From the NCBI GenBank assembly GCA_045616425.1, contig JAZLGS010000025.1, positions 6,712-70,711 of the forward strand: a stretch of DNA of 64,000 nt. The letters run 5' to 3'. This stretch comes from Treponema sp. (lineage in GTDB: Bacteria; Spirochaetota; Spirochaetia; Treponematales; Treponemataceae). A program made the position numbers and the translations under genes. The notes below the pieces were generated by a model. The model saw only the letters and a program-made list of their open reading frames with translations. It was not told the origin of the DNA and ran no database searches. This document shows positions 49,706 to 59,367 of the stretch, one piece after another (position 1 is the stretch's first letter; every line of letters starts with the position of its first letter).

Positions 49706-51550
49706 ATGAAGGTTGAAGAAATCAAGAATGCCAAAATCAAGGCATGGATTGAAGAATGTGTAAAAATGTGTGAACCAGATGCAGTTGTAGTTTGTGATGG
49801 TTCTACAGCTGAGTATGACCGCTTGATGCAGAAATGTGTTGATGCAGGTCTTGCTACTCCGCTTGCAAAGAAAGAAAATTCTTTCTTGTTCCGTTCACTC
49901 CCAAGCGACGTTGCCCGTGTTGAAGGACGTACATTCATTTCTTCAGTAAAAGAAGAAGATGCCGGTCCTACAAACCACTGGATCGATCCAAAAGAACTCA
50001 AGGCTACAATGACAGGTCTTTACACAGGTTGTATGCACGGACGTACAATGTACGTAATTCCATTCTGCATGGGTCCACTTGGTTCACCAATCGCAAAATA
50101 CGGTGTTGAACTTACAGACTCTGAATACGTTGTATTGAACATGGACATCATGACACGTGCAGGCGAAAAAGTATGGCAGTATCTTGATGACGGATTCGTT
50201 CCATGTCTCCACTCAGTTGGAAAACCACTCAACAACGGCGAAAAAGACAACGGTGTATGGCCTTGCGCAGATGTTGAAAACAAATACATTTCCCACTTCC
50301 CAGAAGAAAGGCTCATCTGGTCTTACGGTTCTGGATACGGTGGAAACGCACTCCTCGGAAAGAAGTGTTTCGCACTCCGCATTGCTACAGTAATTGCACG
50401 CGAAGAAGGCTGGCTTGCTGAACACATGCTCATCCTCAAGCTCACAAACCCACAGGGCGAAGTTAAGTACGTAACTGGTGCATTCCCGTCAGCATGTGGA
50501 AAGACAAACCTTGCAATGCTCATTCCTACAATCCCAGGATGGAAGGTTGAAACAGTCGGTGATGATATCGCATGGATGAAGTACGGAAAGGACGGCCGCC
50601 TCTATGCCATCAATCCGGAAGCAGGATTCTTTGGTGTTGCACCAGGAACATCTGCTGAATCTAACAAGAACGCACTTATCTCTGCAGAAAAGAACACAAT
50701 CTATACAAACTGTGCACTTACAGAAGACGGCGACGTATGGTGGGAAGGTATCGGATACCCTGCAACAGGCAAGCTTGTTGACTGGAAAGGCAACACACGT
50801 GACGCACTTCCAAAGGACAAGGCTCCTAAGGGAGAAGAAATGGCACATCCAAATGCACGCTTTACAGCACCTGCAGGACAGTGTCCATGTATCGCATCTG
50901 ACTGGGAATCTCCAGAAGGTGTACCAATCTCTGCAATCCTCTTCGGTGGACGCCGCCCATCTACAGTACCTCTCGTACATCAGGCACGTTCATGGAACCA
51001 CGGTGTATTCCTCGGTTCTATCGTAGGATCAGAAATCACAGCAGCTTCTACAATCAATGCAGCAGAAGTTGGTAAGATCCGCCGCGACCCATTCGCAATC
51101 CTCCCATTCTGTGGATACAACATGGGTGACTACTTCAAGCACTGGATTGACGTTGGTAACGCGGCACAGGACAAGGACAAGCTTCCTAAGATCTTCTACG
51201 TTAACTGGTTCCGCAAGGACGAAAACAACGCTGACCTTCCGGGCGGATTCATGTGGCCAGGATACGGTGACAACTCACGCGTTCTCGCATGGATTTTCGA
51301 CCGCTGTAACGGTGTTGACAACTGTGTTGACACTCCACTTGGATTCATGCCAAAAGAAGGCGCACTCAATACTGAAGGACTGGCAGATTGCTACAAGAAG
51401 ACTCTCCCAGAAATCCTCAAGGTTGATGTTGAAGGATGGAAGAAGGAAGTTAAGGACATCCGTGAAAACCACTATCCAAAGTTCGGTGCTCACCTTCCAA
51501 AGGAACTTACAGAAACTCTCGACGATCTGGAAGCACGCCTTTCAAAATAG
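49706..51550 (+). CDS. pckG: Phosphoenolpyruvate carboxykinase (GTP)
   Basis: [39 protein letters not shown]. Confidence 0.98.
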   Translation: MKVEEIKNAKIKAWIEECVKMCEPDAVVVCDGSTAEYDRLMQKCVDAGLATPLAKKENSFLFRSLPSDVARVEGRTFISSVKEEDAGPTNHWIDPKELKATMTGLYTGCMHGRTMYVIPFCMGPLGSPIAKYGVELTDSEYVVLNMDIMTRAGEKVWQYLDDGFVPCLHSVGKPLNNGEKDNGVWPCADVENKYISHFPEERLIWSYGSGYGGNALLGKKCFALRIATVIAREEGWLAEHMLILKLTNPQGEVKYVTGAFPSACGKTNLAMLIPTIPGWKVETVGDDIAWMKYGKDGRLYAINPEAGFFGVAPGTSAESNKNALISAEKNTIYTNCALTEDGDVWWEGIGYPATGKLVDWKGNTRDALPKDKAPKGEEMAHPNARFTAPAGQCPCIASDWESPEGVPISAILFGGRRPSTVPLVHQARSWNHGVFLGSIVGSEITAASTINAAEVGKIRRDPFAILPFCGYNMGDYFKHWIDVGNAAQDKDKLPKIFYVNWFRKDENNADLPGGFMWPGYGDNSRVLAWIFDRCNGVDNCVDTPLGFMPKEGALNTEGLADCYKKTLPEILKVDVEGWKKEVKDIRENHYPKFGAHLPKELTETLDDLEARLSK

Positions 51551-51560
51551 GTTTTCAAAT

Positions 51561-51841
51561 CCGACAAAATGGCTGTGCCACTTTGCGGTTTAAAACCATT
51601 CCATATGGTGACTTGTGCACCATAAAATAGTTTCGAAGCGACGGTTTCCGCGCTTCAAACCATTGGGTCTGCCGGCTTTTTGCCGGTGGGCCTTTTTTTT
51701 CCGACATAATGTGCTGTGCCACTTTGTCGGCTTAAAACCATTTCATATGGTGACTTGCGCACCATAAACTGGTTTCGAAGTGACGGTTTCCGCGCTTAAA
51801 ACCATTGGGCCTGCCGGCTTTTTGCCGGTGGGCCTTTTTTT
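51561..51841 (+). repeat. Tandem 2 x about 140-bp multi-hairpin unit ending in a terminator
   Basis: Units start at 51561 and 51701, roughly 90% identical by eye; each ends GG(T/C)CTGCCGGC-TTTTT-GCCGGTGGGCC-T7+. Confidence 0.9.
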
Positions 51842-51860
51842 CCAGAAAAATTCCTTCAGG

Positions 51861-51901
51861 ACAAAAAAAATCCTTAACGGCTGGATACCATTAAGGATTT
51901 T
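51861..51901 (-). terminator. Intrinsic terminator after purC
   Basis: AAATCCTTAA/TTAAGGATTT stem with a T tail on the minus strand. Confidence 0.65.
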
Positions 51902-51921
51902 AATGCTTTGGTCAGATATCC

Positions 51922-52764
51922 TTACTTACAGATTCTTTCCTGACATTCGCGGTAAAGGGCTGATGTCTTTTCTACGATTTCTGCAGGGATGCTCTTGATT
52001 GAAGGGTCACCGGCAAGGTTATTGTCCTTGAGCCAGTCGCGTACAAACTGTTTGTCATAGCTTGCAGGGCTTGTTCCAATCTTGTATTCAGCAAGATTCC
52101 AGAAACGGCTTGAATCAGGAGTAAGAACTTCGTCTCCCAGCACCAGGTCACCGTTTTCATCAAGACCAAATTCAAACTTAGTGTCAGCAATGATGATGCC
52201 GTTCTTGTATGCGTGGTCGTAGCACTTCTTATAGATAGCAAGGGCAGCCTGTTCTATCTTTGTTCCAAGTTCTTCGCCCAGGTCATTCTTCATGTATTCA
52301 AGTGTCACGTTGATGTCATGGCCTTCTGCAGCCTTTGTAGAAGGAGTAACGATAGGACAGTCAAGCTTTTCTGCCTGCTGGTATTCCTTGTCAAACTTAT
52401 GGCCAAGAAAAGGTTCCCCTTTCTTGTAAGCTTCGTACATTGAACCGAACATATAGCCGCGTACGATTACTTCGTAAGGAATCATCTTGAGCTTCTTGAC
52501 AAGGATAGTACGTCCTTCGTATTCAGGCTTCTGGAATTCTTCAGGCATATCCTTAAGGTCAGAAGAAATCATGTGGTTCTTTACGATGTCGCCTGTAAGG
52601 CTGAACCAGTAATTTGAAAGTGCATTCAGTACCTTTCCTTTATCTGTAATCATTGTAGGCAGAATCACATCAAATGCCGAAATACGGTCTGTAGTAACAA
52701 TGACCATGCGTCCGTCTTCAAGGTCGTAAACTTCGCGGACTTTTCCACTGATAATCTTTTTCAT
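51922..52764 (-). CDS. purC: SAICAR synthase
   Basis: SGKVREVY, TDRISAFD, IADTKFEFG, DEVLTPDSSRFW. Confidence 0.98.
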   Translation of the reverse strand: MKKIISGKVREVYDLEDGRMVIVTTDRISAFDVILPTMITDKGKVLNALSNYWFSLTGDIVKNHMISSDLKDMPEEFQKPEYEGRTILVKKLKMIPYEVIVRGYMFGSMYEAYKKGEPFLGHKFDKEYQQAEKLDCPIVTPSTKAAEGHDINVTLEYMKNDLGEELGTKIEQAALAIYKKCYDHAYKNGIIIADTKFEFGLDENGDLVLGDEVLTPDSSRFWNLAEYKIGTSPASYDKQFVRDWLKDNNLAGDPSIKSIPAEIVEKTSALYRECQERICK

Positions 52765-52884
52765 AACAAATCCTTCTATTGATTAATATAATCTGCAAAA
52801 ATGCCTTTAATTGAATAATATCAAAGTTTTCAAAGTCCCACAATCGGAATTTTACACCATCACGGCAGACATGTATTTTTTTTT

Positions 52885-53116
52885 GCTATGTCCGGCGATA
52901 GTATTGCTGGATAATGAAGAATCTCGAAGTATCGATGCAGTGGTAAGAAACTACACTCGATGCTGATAAAGACTATGTAGAGTTAATGGTAAAATTAACT
53001 GCATGGTAGTAGAAAATACGACAGATTCCGACATTGCAACTTGTTGCACCGGAGGGTTCTGGCGCATTTTCCACGGTAATGCAGATTTTTTTAACAACAC
53101 TTTTTACGGACATAGC
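52885..53116. mobile_element. Intact 232-bp MITE-like element
   Basis: Perfect 10-bp TIR GCTATGTCCG/CGGACATAGC; T9 on both flanks (52876-52884 and 53117-53125), consistent with a target-site duplication; related copies at 7340, 21308 and 30694. Confidence 0.8.
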
Positions 53117-53250
53117 TTTTTTTTTGCTTCCGCACTACCAAAAAAAGGATTTATCCCCCATAATGGAAAAGCATATGCCTGCCTCTGAAAACATAGTTCC
53201 AGAGGTTTCCGGTATATTCTGCGCTGCTAACTTATTTACAGGAGGAACAG

Positions 53251-55635
53251 ATGAAGAAGACGGCACTTTTCCTGATGCTTCTTTCATTTACTACATTCAT
53301 TTTTGCACAGAACAAATACCCCACGGAAGATGAACTTACTCCGGGGCCTAAACCACAGGGACGGCCTTCAGTTGCACTGGTACTTGCAGGCGGAGGGGCA
53401 AAAGGATTTGCAGAACTCCCCATAATGGAACTGATACAGGAAATGGACATTCCGATTGACATGATCATCGGTACCAGTATCGGGTCAATAATCGGCGGCC
53501 TTTATTCTGCAGGATATTCTGCTGAGGAAATCGTAACGGAATTTGGAAGCACTGACTGGACGCCTTTGTTCAGCGATGCAGCAGTTTCTCCGTTTGAACA
53601 TATTCTGGGTGAACACAGCGTCTTTGAAAATCCGCTTGTAATCAATTTCAATACGAAATTCAAGATGCACCTTGGAAAAGGACTTTCCAGCGGGCAGAAT
53701 GTCTACCAGCTTTTCAAGGAAAAGACCATAAAATATCCGTCAGACATGAATTTTGACGACTTCCCTATCCCGTTCAGGGCAGTTGCCACAAACATGCTTA
53801 CCGGTGATGCAGTAATCCTTGACAAGGGCGACATAGCAGAAGCAATGCGTGCTTCCATGAGCCTTCCTGCGGTATTCTCGCCTTTTGAAATGGACGGCTA
53901 TTACTTTATGGACGGCGGCCTCCGTTACAACCTTGCAATCAATGTTGCAAAAAAAATGGGATATGACTACATCATTGCCATCGACATTTCCCAGCCGGTC
54001 AGGGACAATCCCGAAGTATTCGACTCAAATCCTGCGGTTGCCATCCTGAATACCATGACGATTGCACAGCAGACCGCCACAAAGCAGATGATAAAGGACG
54101 CAGACCTGGTAATAAAGCCGGATGTGGCAAATTATGCAACACTGGACTTTAAAAAGGCTAAGACAATCTTTAAGGAAGGACAGGCGGCAGCAGAAAAATA
54201 CAAGCCACAGATTGAAGAATTCCGCAGGAAACTGTTCCCGGAAGACTACACTCCGGACGGAAAGCGCATTTCCAAACATCAGGAAAAGGAAAAAAATGCA
54301 GAAAGTGCCTATTCTGCAAAAAAAGCTGTAAAACTTGATTCAATCAAAATAGACGGAGCACTTTCCCAGGATGAAAAATACATCGCCGAAGCCTTTAAGG
54401 AAATAAAGGGAAAGACTTACTCCATTCCTGTCATGAAAGACTTCATGAGGCACCTGTACAGCCTTGGAAACTACTCCAGCGTACGGCCGAAAATCATCAG
54501 GGCTGATGACGGCAGCTACAGGATGGAGCTTTACCTTACTGAAATATATCCAAAGGGCATAAAGATTCTTGTATCGCCGGAACTTGAACAGACCGTAAGT
54601 TCTTCAAGCATCACCACTTTCAACCTTGCAGCAGAAATCCAGGCCAGGGGAATTACAGGACGCAATTCTGTAATAGGATTACGGGGAAAATGCCTTAATG
54701 ATTACGAAGCTGAAGTTTTCTACATGCAGCCATTCAATCCGTATGTATATGTAGAAGCCAGTGCAGAGTATTACGATGACAGGTTCTATTCCCTTTCTTC
54801 AGAAGGAATGAGCAAATCAGATTTTTCAAGGTATGAAACCTGGAATGCAACGGCAGATGCAGGATTCAGGTTTGGACACGGAAGGACATTGAAAGCAGGC
54901 GGATTCTATACATGGTCAAGGAACTCCTGGGCCTCAATCAAAAATGACCCGTTCCTTAATGAATATGTGGCAAAATCACCGGATACAGCTAAAGACAGTA
55001 CCATTTCCGGAAGCTGTTTCGGTCCGTTCCTGAGCTTTACATTCAACGTAATAGACAGGACGACATTCGCCCATGAAGGAATTCACATAGAATCAAGTAC
55101 GAAACTGGTATTTCCTCAGAAAAAGCCGGAAAACATGTCAGTAGTAACAGACCTGCATTTTACAGGTGCAATCCCGCTAGGCGAAAAAGCTTCGCTCAAC
55201 GTGAATCTGCTGGCAGGCACGGACTTTACGGAAAGGCTTGCAGAAGACGCAGCACTTTACCTCAGCCAGGGCTTTTCAACAGGTGACAGGATGTTCTTTC
55301 CGCAGCTCCCGGCAAGAAAGCGCCACGGACAGGAAGTACTGGCTGCAACACTGGCATTGCAGCTTGAACCATGGGACAGCATAACGATCCTTGGTGGCAA
55401 AGTAATCCTCCGCATCCAGGGAACAGCCGGTAACCTTACAAAGACATGGGGACAGATGTTTGCGCCGGAAGGAAACGAGACTAAAGACTACCGCCTTTTG
55501 TGGAACGGCTGTCTCGGAATCGGCATCAAGCTCAAGGAAAACTTCAACTTCATGATCCGTGGCGGCGTAGGTTCAACGGAAGACACAGAAGTTGCACCGT
55601 TCCTTGCAATCGACATCGGCGGATTCAGGTTCTAG
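53251..55635 (+). CDS. Patatin-like phospholipase with POTRA-like linker and C-terminal beta-barrel (PlpD/type Vd-like)
   Basis: Signal peptide; GGGAKG, GTSIG, DGG catalytic motifs; beta-strand-rich C-terminus ending in F. Confidence 0.85.
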   Translation: MKKTALFLMLLSFTTFIFAQNKYPTEDELTPGPKPQGRPSVALVLAGGGAKGFAELPIMELIQEMDIPIDMIIGTSIGSIIGGLYSAGYSAEEIVTEFGSTDWTPLFSDAAVSPFEHILGEHSVFENPLVINFNTKFKMHLGKGLSSGQNVYQLFKEKTIKYPSDMNFDDFPIPFRAVATNMLTGDAVILDKGDIAEAMRASMSLPAVFSPFEMDGYYFMDGGLRYNLAINVAKKMGYDYIIAIDISQPVRDNPEVFDSNPAVAILNTMTIAQQTATKQMIKDADLVIKPDVANYATLDFKKAKTIFKEGQAAAEKYKPQIEEFRRKLFPEDYTPDGKRISKHQEKEKNAESAYSAKKAVKLDSIKIDGALSQDEKYIAEAFKEIKGKTYSIPVMKDFMRHLYSLGNYSSVRPKIIRADDGSYRMELYLTEIYPKGIKILVSPELEQTVSSSSITTFNLAAEIQARGITGRNSVIGLRGKCLNDYEAEVFYMQPFNPYVYVEASAEYYDDRFYSLSSEGMSKSDFSRYETWNATADAGFRFGHGRTLKAGGFYTWSRNSWASIKNDPFLNEYVAKSPDTAKDSTISGSCFGPFLSFTFNVIDRTTFAHEGIHIESSTKLVFPQKKPENMSVVTDLHFTGAIPLGEKASLNVNLLAGTDFTERLAEDAALYLSQGFSTGDRMFFPQLPARKRHGQEVLAATLALQLEPWDSITILGGKVILRIQGTAGNLTKTWGQMFAPEGNETKDYRLLWNGCLGIGIKLKENFNFMIRGGVGSTEDTEVAPFLAIDIGGFRF

Positions 55636-55750
55636 GAAAGAATGGAACGACAGAGGGAGGTATATTTATGATACCTTCCTCGTCAAAGTCGGGGCGTACA
55701 ATACATCATATAAGATAGAATTCAATGCCATAATATGATAACATTCAAGT

Positions 55751-57343
55751 ATGGGAACATATTTGAATCCGGATAATATAAATTTCAGAGATTATGTCAA
55801 TGATTTATTTATTGACAAAACAATGCTTTTAAGCATCTTGAATGAACGGTTAGATAAAACAAGCAGGAAATTCATATGCCTGAGCCGTCCGCGCCGTTTT
55901 GGAAAAACCGTTGCCGAAAATATGATAGCGGCCTACTATTCCAAGGGTGCAGATTCAAAAAAATTGTTCTCAAAATTCAAGATTTCCAAAACAGATGATT
56001 TTAAAAAACACCTGAATAAGTTCAACGTCATTAAAATTGACCTGAATGGAATATTCGCTGAATGGAAATCCAGCATCGGCAGAAACAAACCAGAAACTGC
56101 AATTCAATATCTGACAAACCTCGTCTGCCGGGAATTCAAAGAATATTTTTCTGATATAGATTTTAACGAAGAATTCTCGCTGGCAGGCTTCATCCTGAAA
56201 GTTTATGTCCAGAAAAAAGAAACATTCATAGTTATAATTGATGAATATGACGTTCTTGTCCGTGAACAGGTTCCAGAATCAGAATTCCAGCAATATCTGG
56301 ATTTTCTAAATTCACTTTTTAAAAATGAGTCATTAAAACCTGCCATTTCCCTTGCATACCTTACGGGAATCCTTCCTATAGTCCGTGACAAAATCCAATC
56401 AAAACTGAACACTTTTGATGAAATCACAATGCTGCAGACTGGAAGATTTGCAGAATTCACAGGCTTTACAACTGAGGAAGTCCAGTCGCTTTGCGAAAAC
56501 TACGGTTGCGATTTTAAAGAATGCAAAAGCTGGTACAACGGATACAAAGTCGGAAAATTTGAAATATATAACCCTCAGTCAGTTACAAAATCTGTCATCA
56601 ATGAAGGGTTCAGGTCTTATTGGAGTGCAACTTCAAGTTATGAAGTAATTGCCGACAAGCTCAACATGAATTTTGACGGAATCAGGGATGCTGTTACAGC
56701 CATGCTTTCTGGTGAAACAATTGATGTCAACGTTGGAAAATATAAAAATACCATGAAAGATTTTGACAGCCGGGATGATGTCTTTACATTTTTGATTCAT
56801 CTTGGATATCTTGCATATGATTGCGAAAAAGGTCAATGCTACATTCCAAACCGTGAAATTTATGAGGAATGGAAAAATGCCATTGAAAATAATCCAGAAT
56901 ATGAACTGACTAACAAAATCATAAAAGCCTCAAAAGAACTCTTAAAACAGACAATTGCCGGTAACGGAAATGCAGTTGCCGCTGCCCTTGATGAAAGTCA
57001 CATACACGTAACTTCAAACCGCAGCTACAATAACGAAGATTCTTTTCAAAGTGCCATTTATCTTGCATATATTTACGCAATAAACAATTACACAATTGTC
57101 AAGGAAATGACAACCGGCAAAGGATTTGCAGATATTGTCTACATTCCATTAAAGAAAAATGCACCGGCAATGATTATTGAACTAAAACGCAACAGTTCCA
57201 CAGAATCGGCCTTAGAACAGATAAAAGAAAAGAAATACCAGGCCTCGCTTGAACACTACTCGGGAGACCTTCTGTTCGTCGGTATAAATTATGATGAACA
57301 TACAAAACTCCACCAATGCAAGATTGAAAGGTTTGTTAAGTAG
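55751..57343 (+). CDS. AAA-ATPase-like protein with C-terminal PD-(D/E)XK nuclease domain
   Basis: RPRRFGKT, IIDEYD, GKGFADIVY...IIELK...ALEQIKEKKY. Confidence 0.9.
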   Translation: MGTYLNPDNINFRDYVNDLFIDKTMLLSILNERLDKTSRKFICLSRPRRFGKTVAENMIAAYYSKGADSKKLFSKFKISKTDDFKKHLNKFNVIKIDLNGIFAEWKSSIGRNKPETAIQYLTNLVCREFKEYFSDIDFNEEFSLAGFILKVYVQKKETFIVIIDEYDVLVREQVPESEFQQYLDFLNSLFKNESLKPAISLAYLTGILPIVRDKIQSKLNTFDEITMLQTGRFAEFTGFTTEEVQSLCENYGCDFKECKSWYNGYKVGKFEIYNPQSVTKSVINEGFRSYWSATSSYEVIADKLNMNFDGIRDAVTAMLSGETIDVNVGKYKNTMKDFDSRDDVFTFLIHLGYLAYDCEKGQCYIPNREIYEEWKNAIENNPEYELTNKIIKASKELLKQTIAGNGNAVAAALDESHIHVTSNRSYNNEDSFQSAIYLAYIYAINNYTIVKEMTTGKGFADIVYIPLKKNAPAMIIELKRNSSTESALEQIKEKKYQASLEHYSGDLLFVGINYDEHTKLHQCKIERFVK

Positions 57344-57553
57344 TGTCCTTATTTCAAACGGGATTCACTGACTAAATGTATAGCAAGATTCTCTCTAAGC
57401 AGCTGTGCTGCGCTATCTAGGCGGTGTTTTATGGAAGCATGCAGACAAGTTACACATATCAGGATTCACCGTTAAAAAGTCTTTTTATAACTTTTTTCAA
57501 TGATTCCGGGATAAGACATTTTACAAATTCTTTAAGTACAAATGCCTTTCTTT

Positions 57554-58408
57554 TCAACTTTTCTGCAAATACCCCCCCCCGTATTTTGAACATCGAATCA
57601 GGTAAGGAATAAAAGTCCTATATATCTCTATATTATAAAATTTTTGTTCTTTTGCACCGAACCTTGACTTGTATTCACAATTTCCCCATAAAAAATTAAA
57701 TACATGAATGTCATTAGTAATTGCATATTCAATCGTCTTTAACAAAATCAAATTTCCAATGTTAAACTGACCATATGAATTACTATGCGCTATGACATGA
57801 AGATTAAGTGCGCCATTGTAAACACTGGCAATTGTACCGGCAACAATTTTTGAATCAATTTCCAGATAATTAATTACACAATTTTCATGGAGCCGTTTGA
57901 AAAGAAGACCGGAATCTACGCCGCTTTCAAAACCTTTTCCTAAACACCGTTCCTGATTTAATGCAACAATATTTTCAAATACGGCTTTATTTATATGGGA
58001 TTTTTCGCACACATATTTGCTTTTAATATCCTGTGATAACAAAAACTTATCAAGCTGGCGCTGATACCATTTCAAATGCTGCCTCGTTTTTTTCCCTAAT
58101 GAAGCCATATATTCATCCAGCGAATCAGGAAGGTATAAACAAAAATTACTGTCAACAGGGTGTGGAACAAATAAGGCTTTTTTATATGTACAAGGATTAC
58201 TTCTGGTTATCGAATCCAAAACTATTTTTTTACAATCATATTTTTGAAAAATATAATCCAAAATCTGCTGATTAAAATCATCTGTATTTTGCAATCGGGA
58301 AAGCAAAACAAATGAATTACCGGCAGTTTTATACAAATACTTATGGTTATTAAAAGAAAAAGAATCAGCTCCTGGATTGAAAGAATCAGTTTGATAAATT
58401 GTCTCCAT
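57554..58408 (-). CDS. GNAT (Acetyltransf_6/FemAB-like) protein of the glycan locus; C-terminus shifted at a G9 tract
   Basis: LPDSLDEYMASLGKKTR...FNFLWGNCEYKSRFGA; G9 at 57572-57580. Confidence 0.8.
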   Translation of the reverse strand: METIYQTDSFNPGADSFSFNNHKYLYKTAGNSFVLLSRLQNTDDFNQQILDYIFQKYDCKKIVLDSITRSNPCTYKKALFVPHPVDSNFCLYLPDSLDEYMASLGKKTRQHLKWYQRQLDKFLLSQDIKSKYVCEKSHINKAVFENIVALNQERCLGKGFESGVDSGLLFKRLHENCVINYLEIDSKIVAGTIASVYNGALNLHVIAHSNSYGQFNIGNLILLKTIEYAITNDIHVFNFLWGNCEYKSRFGAKEQKFYNIEIYRTFIPYLIRCSKYGGGYLQKS

Positions 58409-58414
58409 CTTTCA

Positions 58415-59362
58415 TTACCTCTTTAAAATTTTTTTCAGCTTATTTTTTAAGGATAAAGGTATTAATTTTTTTATCAATGAAAATAAACTAATTTTCCAAG
58501 AATGTGATTTTTTTATATACATTTTGTTTTTATAAAATTCTCTTTTATTGACGCATATTTTTACAGGATATTTTCTAATTTTCCAGTCAATAGAATCAGT
58601 AATCGTCTGACACTCATTATCACCACAATGTACTCCGGTATTATCAAAACCAATATTTTTTACTAAAGATTTTGTTGGTGCAAGACACAAGCCTTTATTA
58701 AGATAAATCGTTATATACCAGAAAATTGCCCATGTATTAATCTTGCCATCAATATTATTTTCGACCTGAATCCACATACCGGGCTCCACACCTTCAATGT
58801 TCAAGTCCCATTTCATTTTTTCCGTAAAAATTGCCTTGTAATACAAAGCATCTTTCTTAAAATACTGCCATCTGTCCGCCCATGTAGCCCATCCCCAGCA
58901 ATCCATTGTCGGATAAAAAAAAGCTTTATTCTTGGCAGTTCTCTTTACCGGATCACGCCACCCGGTAATATGCCATACGGCTTTTTCGGCCTGATATTTT
59001 TCAAGTGACTCATTCATGTACTCAAGGAAAAACTTTCCGGTAACAATATCATCCTCAAGAACAATAACCTTTCCGAATTTATTTACTATTTCAGTCACGC
59101 CGTTAATTATACTGACTGCCAGCCCTTTATTAACATCAGATTCAATTACAGTGACGTTTTTACACCACGACTTTGAATGGCATACATCCCGGGTTGCGTT
59201 AATTCTCAAAAGCTGTTCTTCTGTAGCAGCAGTTTTCGGTCCGTCACAGAAAATATACAACTCTGATTCTTTTGCCAAAGTATTCTGCGAGAGTGCTTCA
59301 AGAGTCCTTTCCGTATGATCAGGCCGGTTATATGTAAAAAGAATTATCGGTGCGTATGACAT
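58415..59362 (-). CDS. GT-A fold glycosyltransferase (GT2-like)
   Basis: PIILFTYNRP, FCDG, NKGLA, VLEDD, CWGWATW. Confidence 0.9.
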   Translation of the reverse strand: MSYAPIILFTYNRPDHTERTLEALSQNTLAKESELYIFCDGPKTAATEEQLLRINATRDVCHSKSWCKNVTVIESDVNKGLAVSIINGVTEIVNKFGKVIVLEDDIVTGKFFLEYMNESLEKYQAEKAVWHITGWRDPVKRTAKNKAFFYPTMDCWGWATWADRWQYFKKDALYYKAIFTEKMKWDLNIEGVEPGMWIQVENNIDGKINTWAIFWYITIYLNKGLCLAPTKSLVKNIGFDNTGVHCGDNECQTITDSIDWKIRKYPVKICVNKREFYKNKMYIKKSHSWKISLFSLIKKLIPLSLKNKLKKILKR

Positions 59363-59367
59363 AAAAT

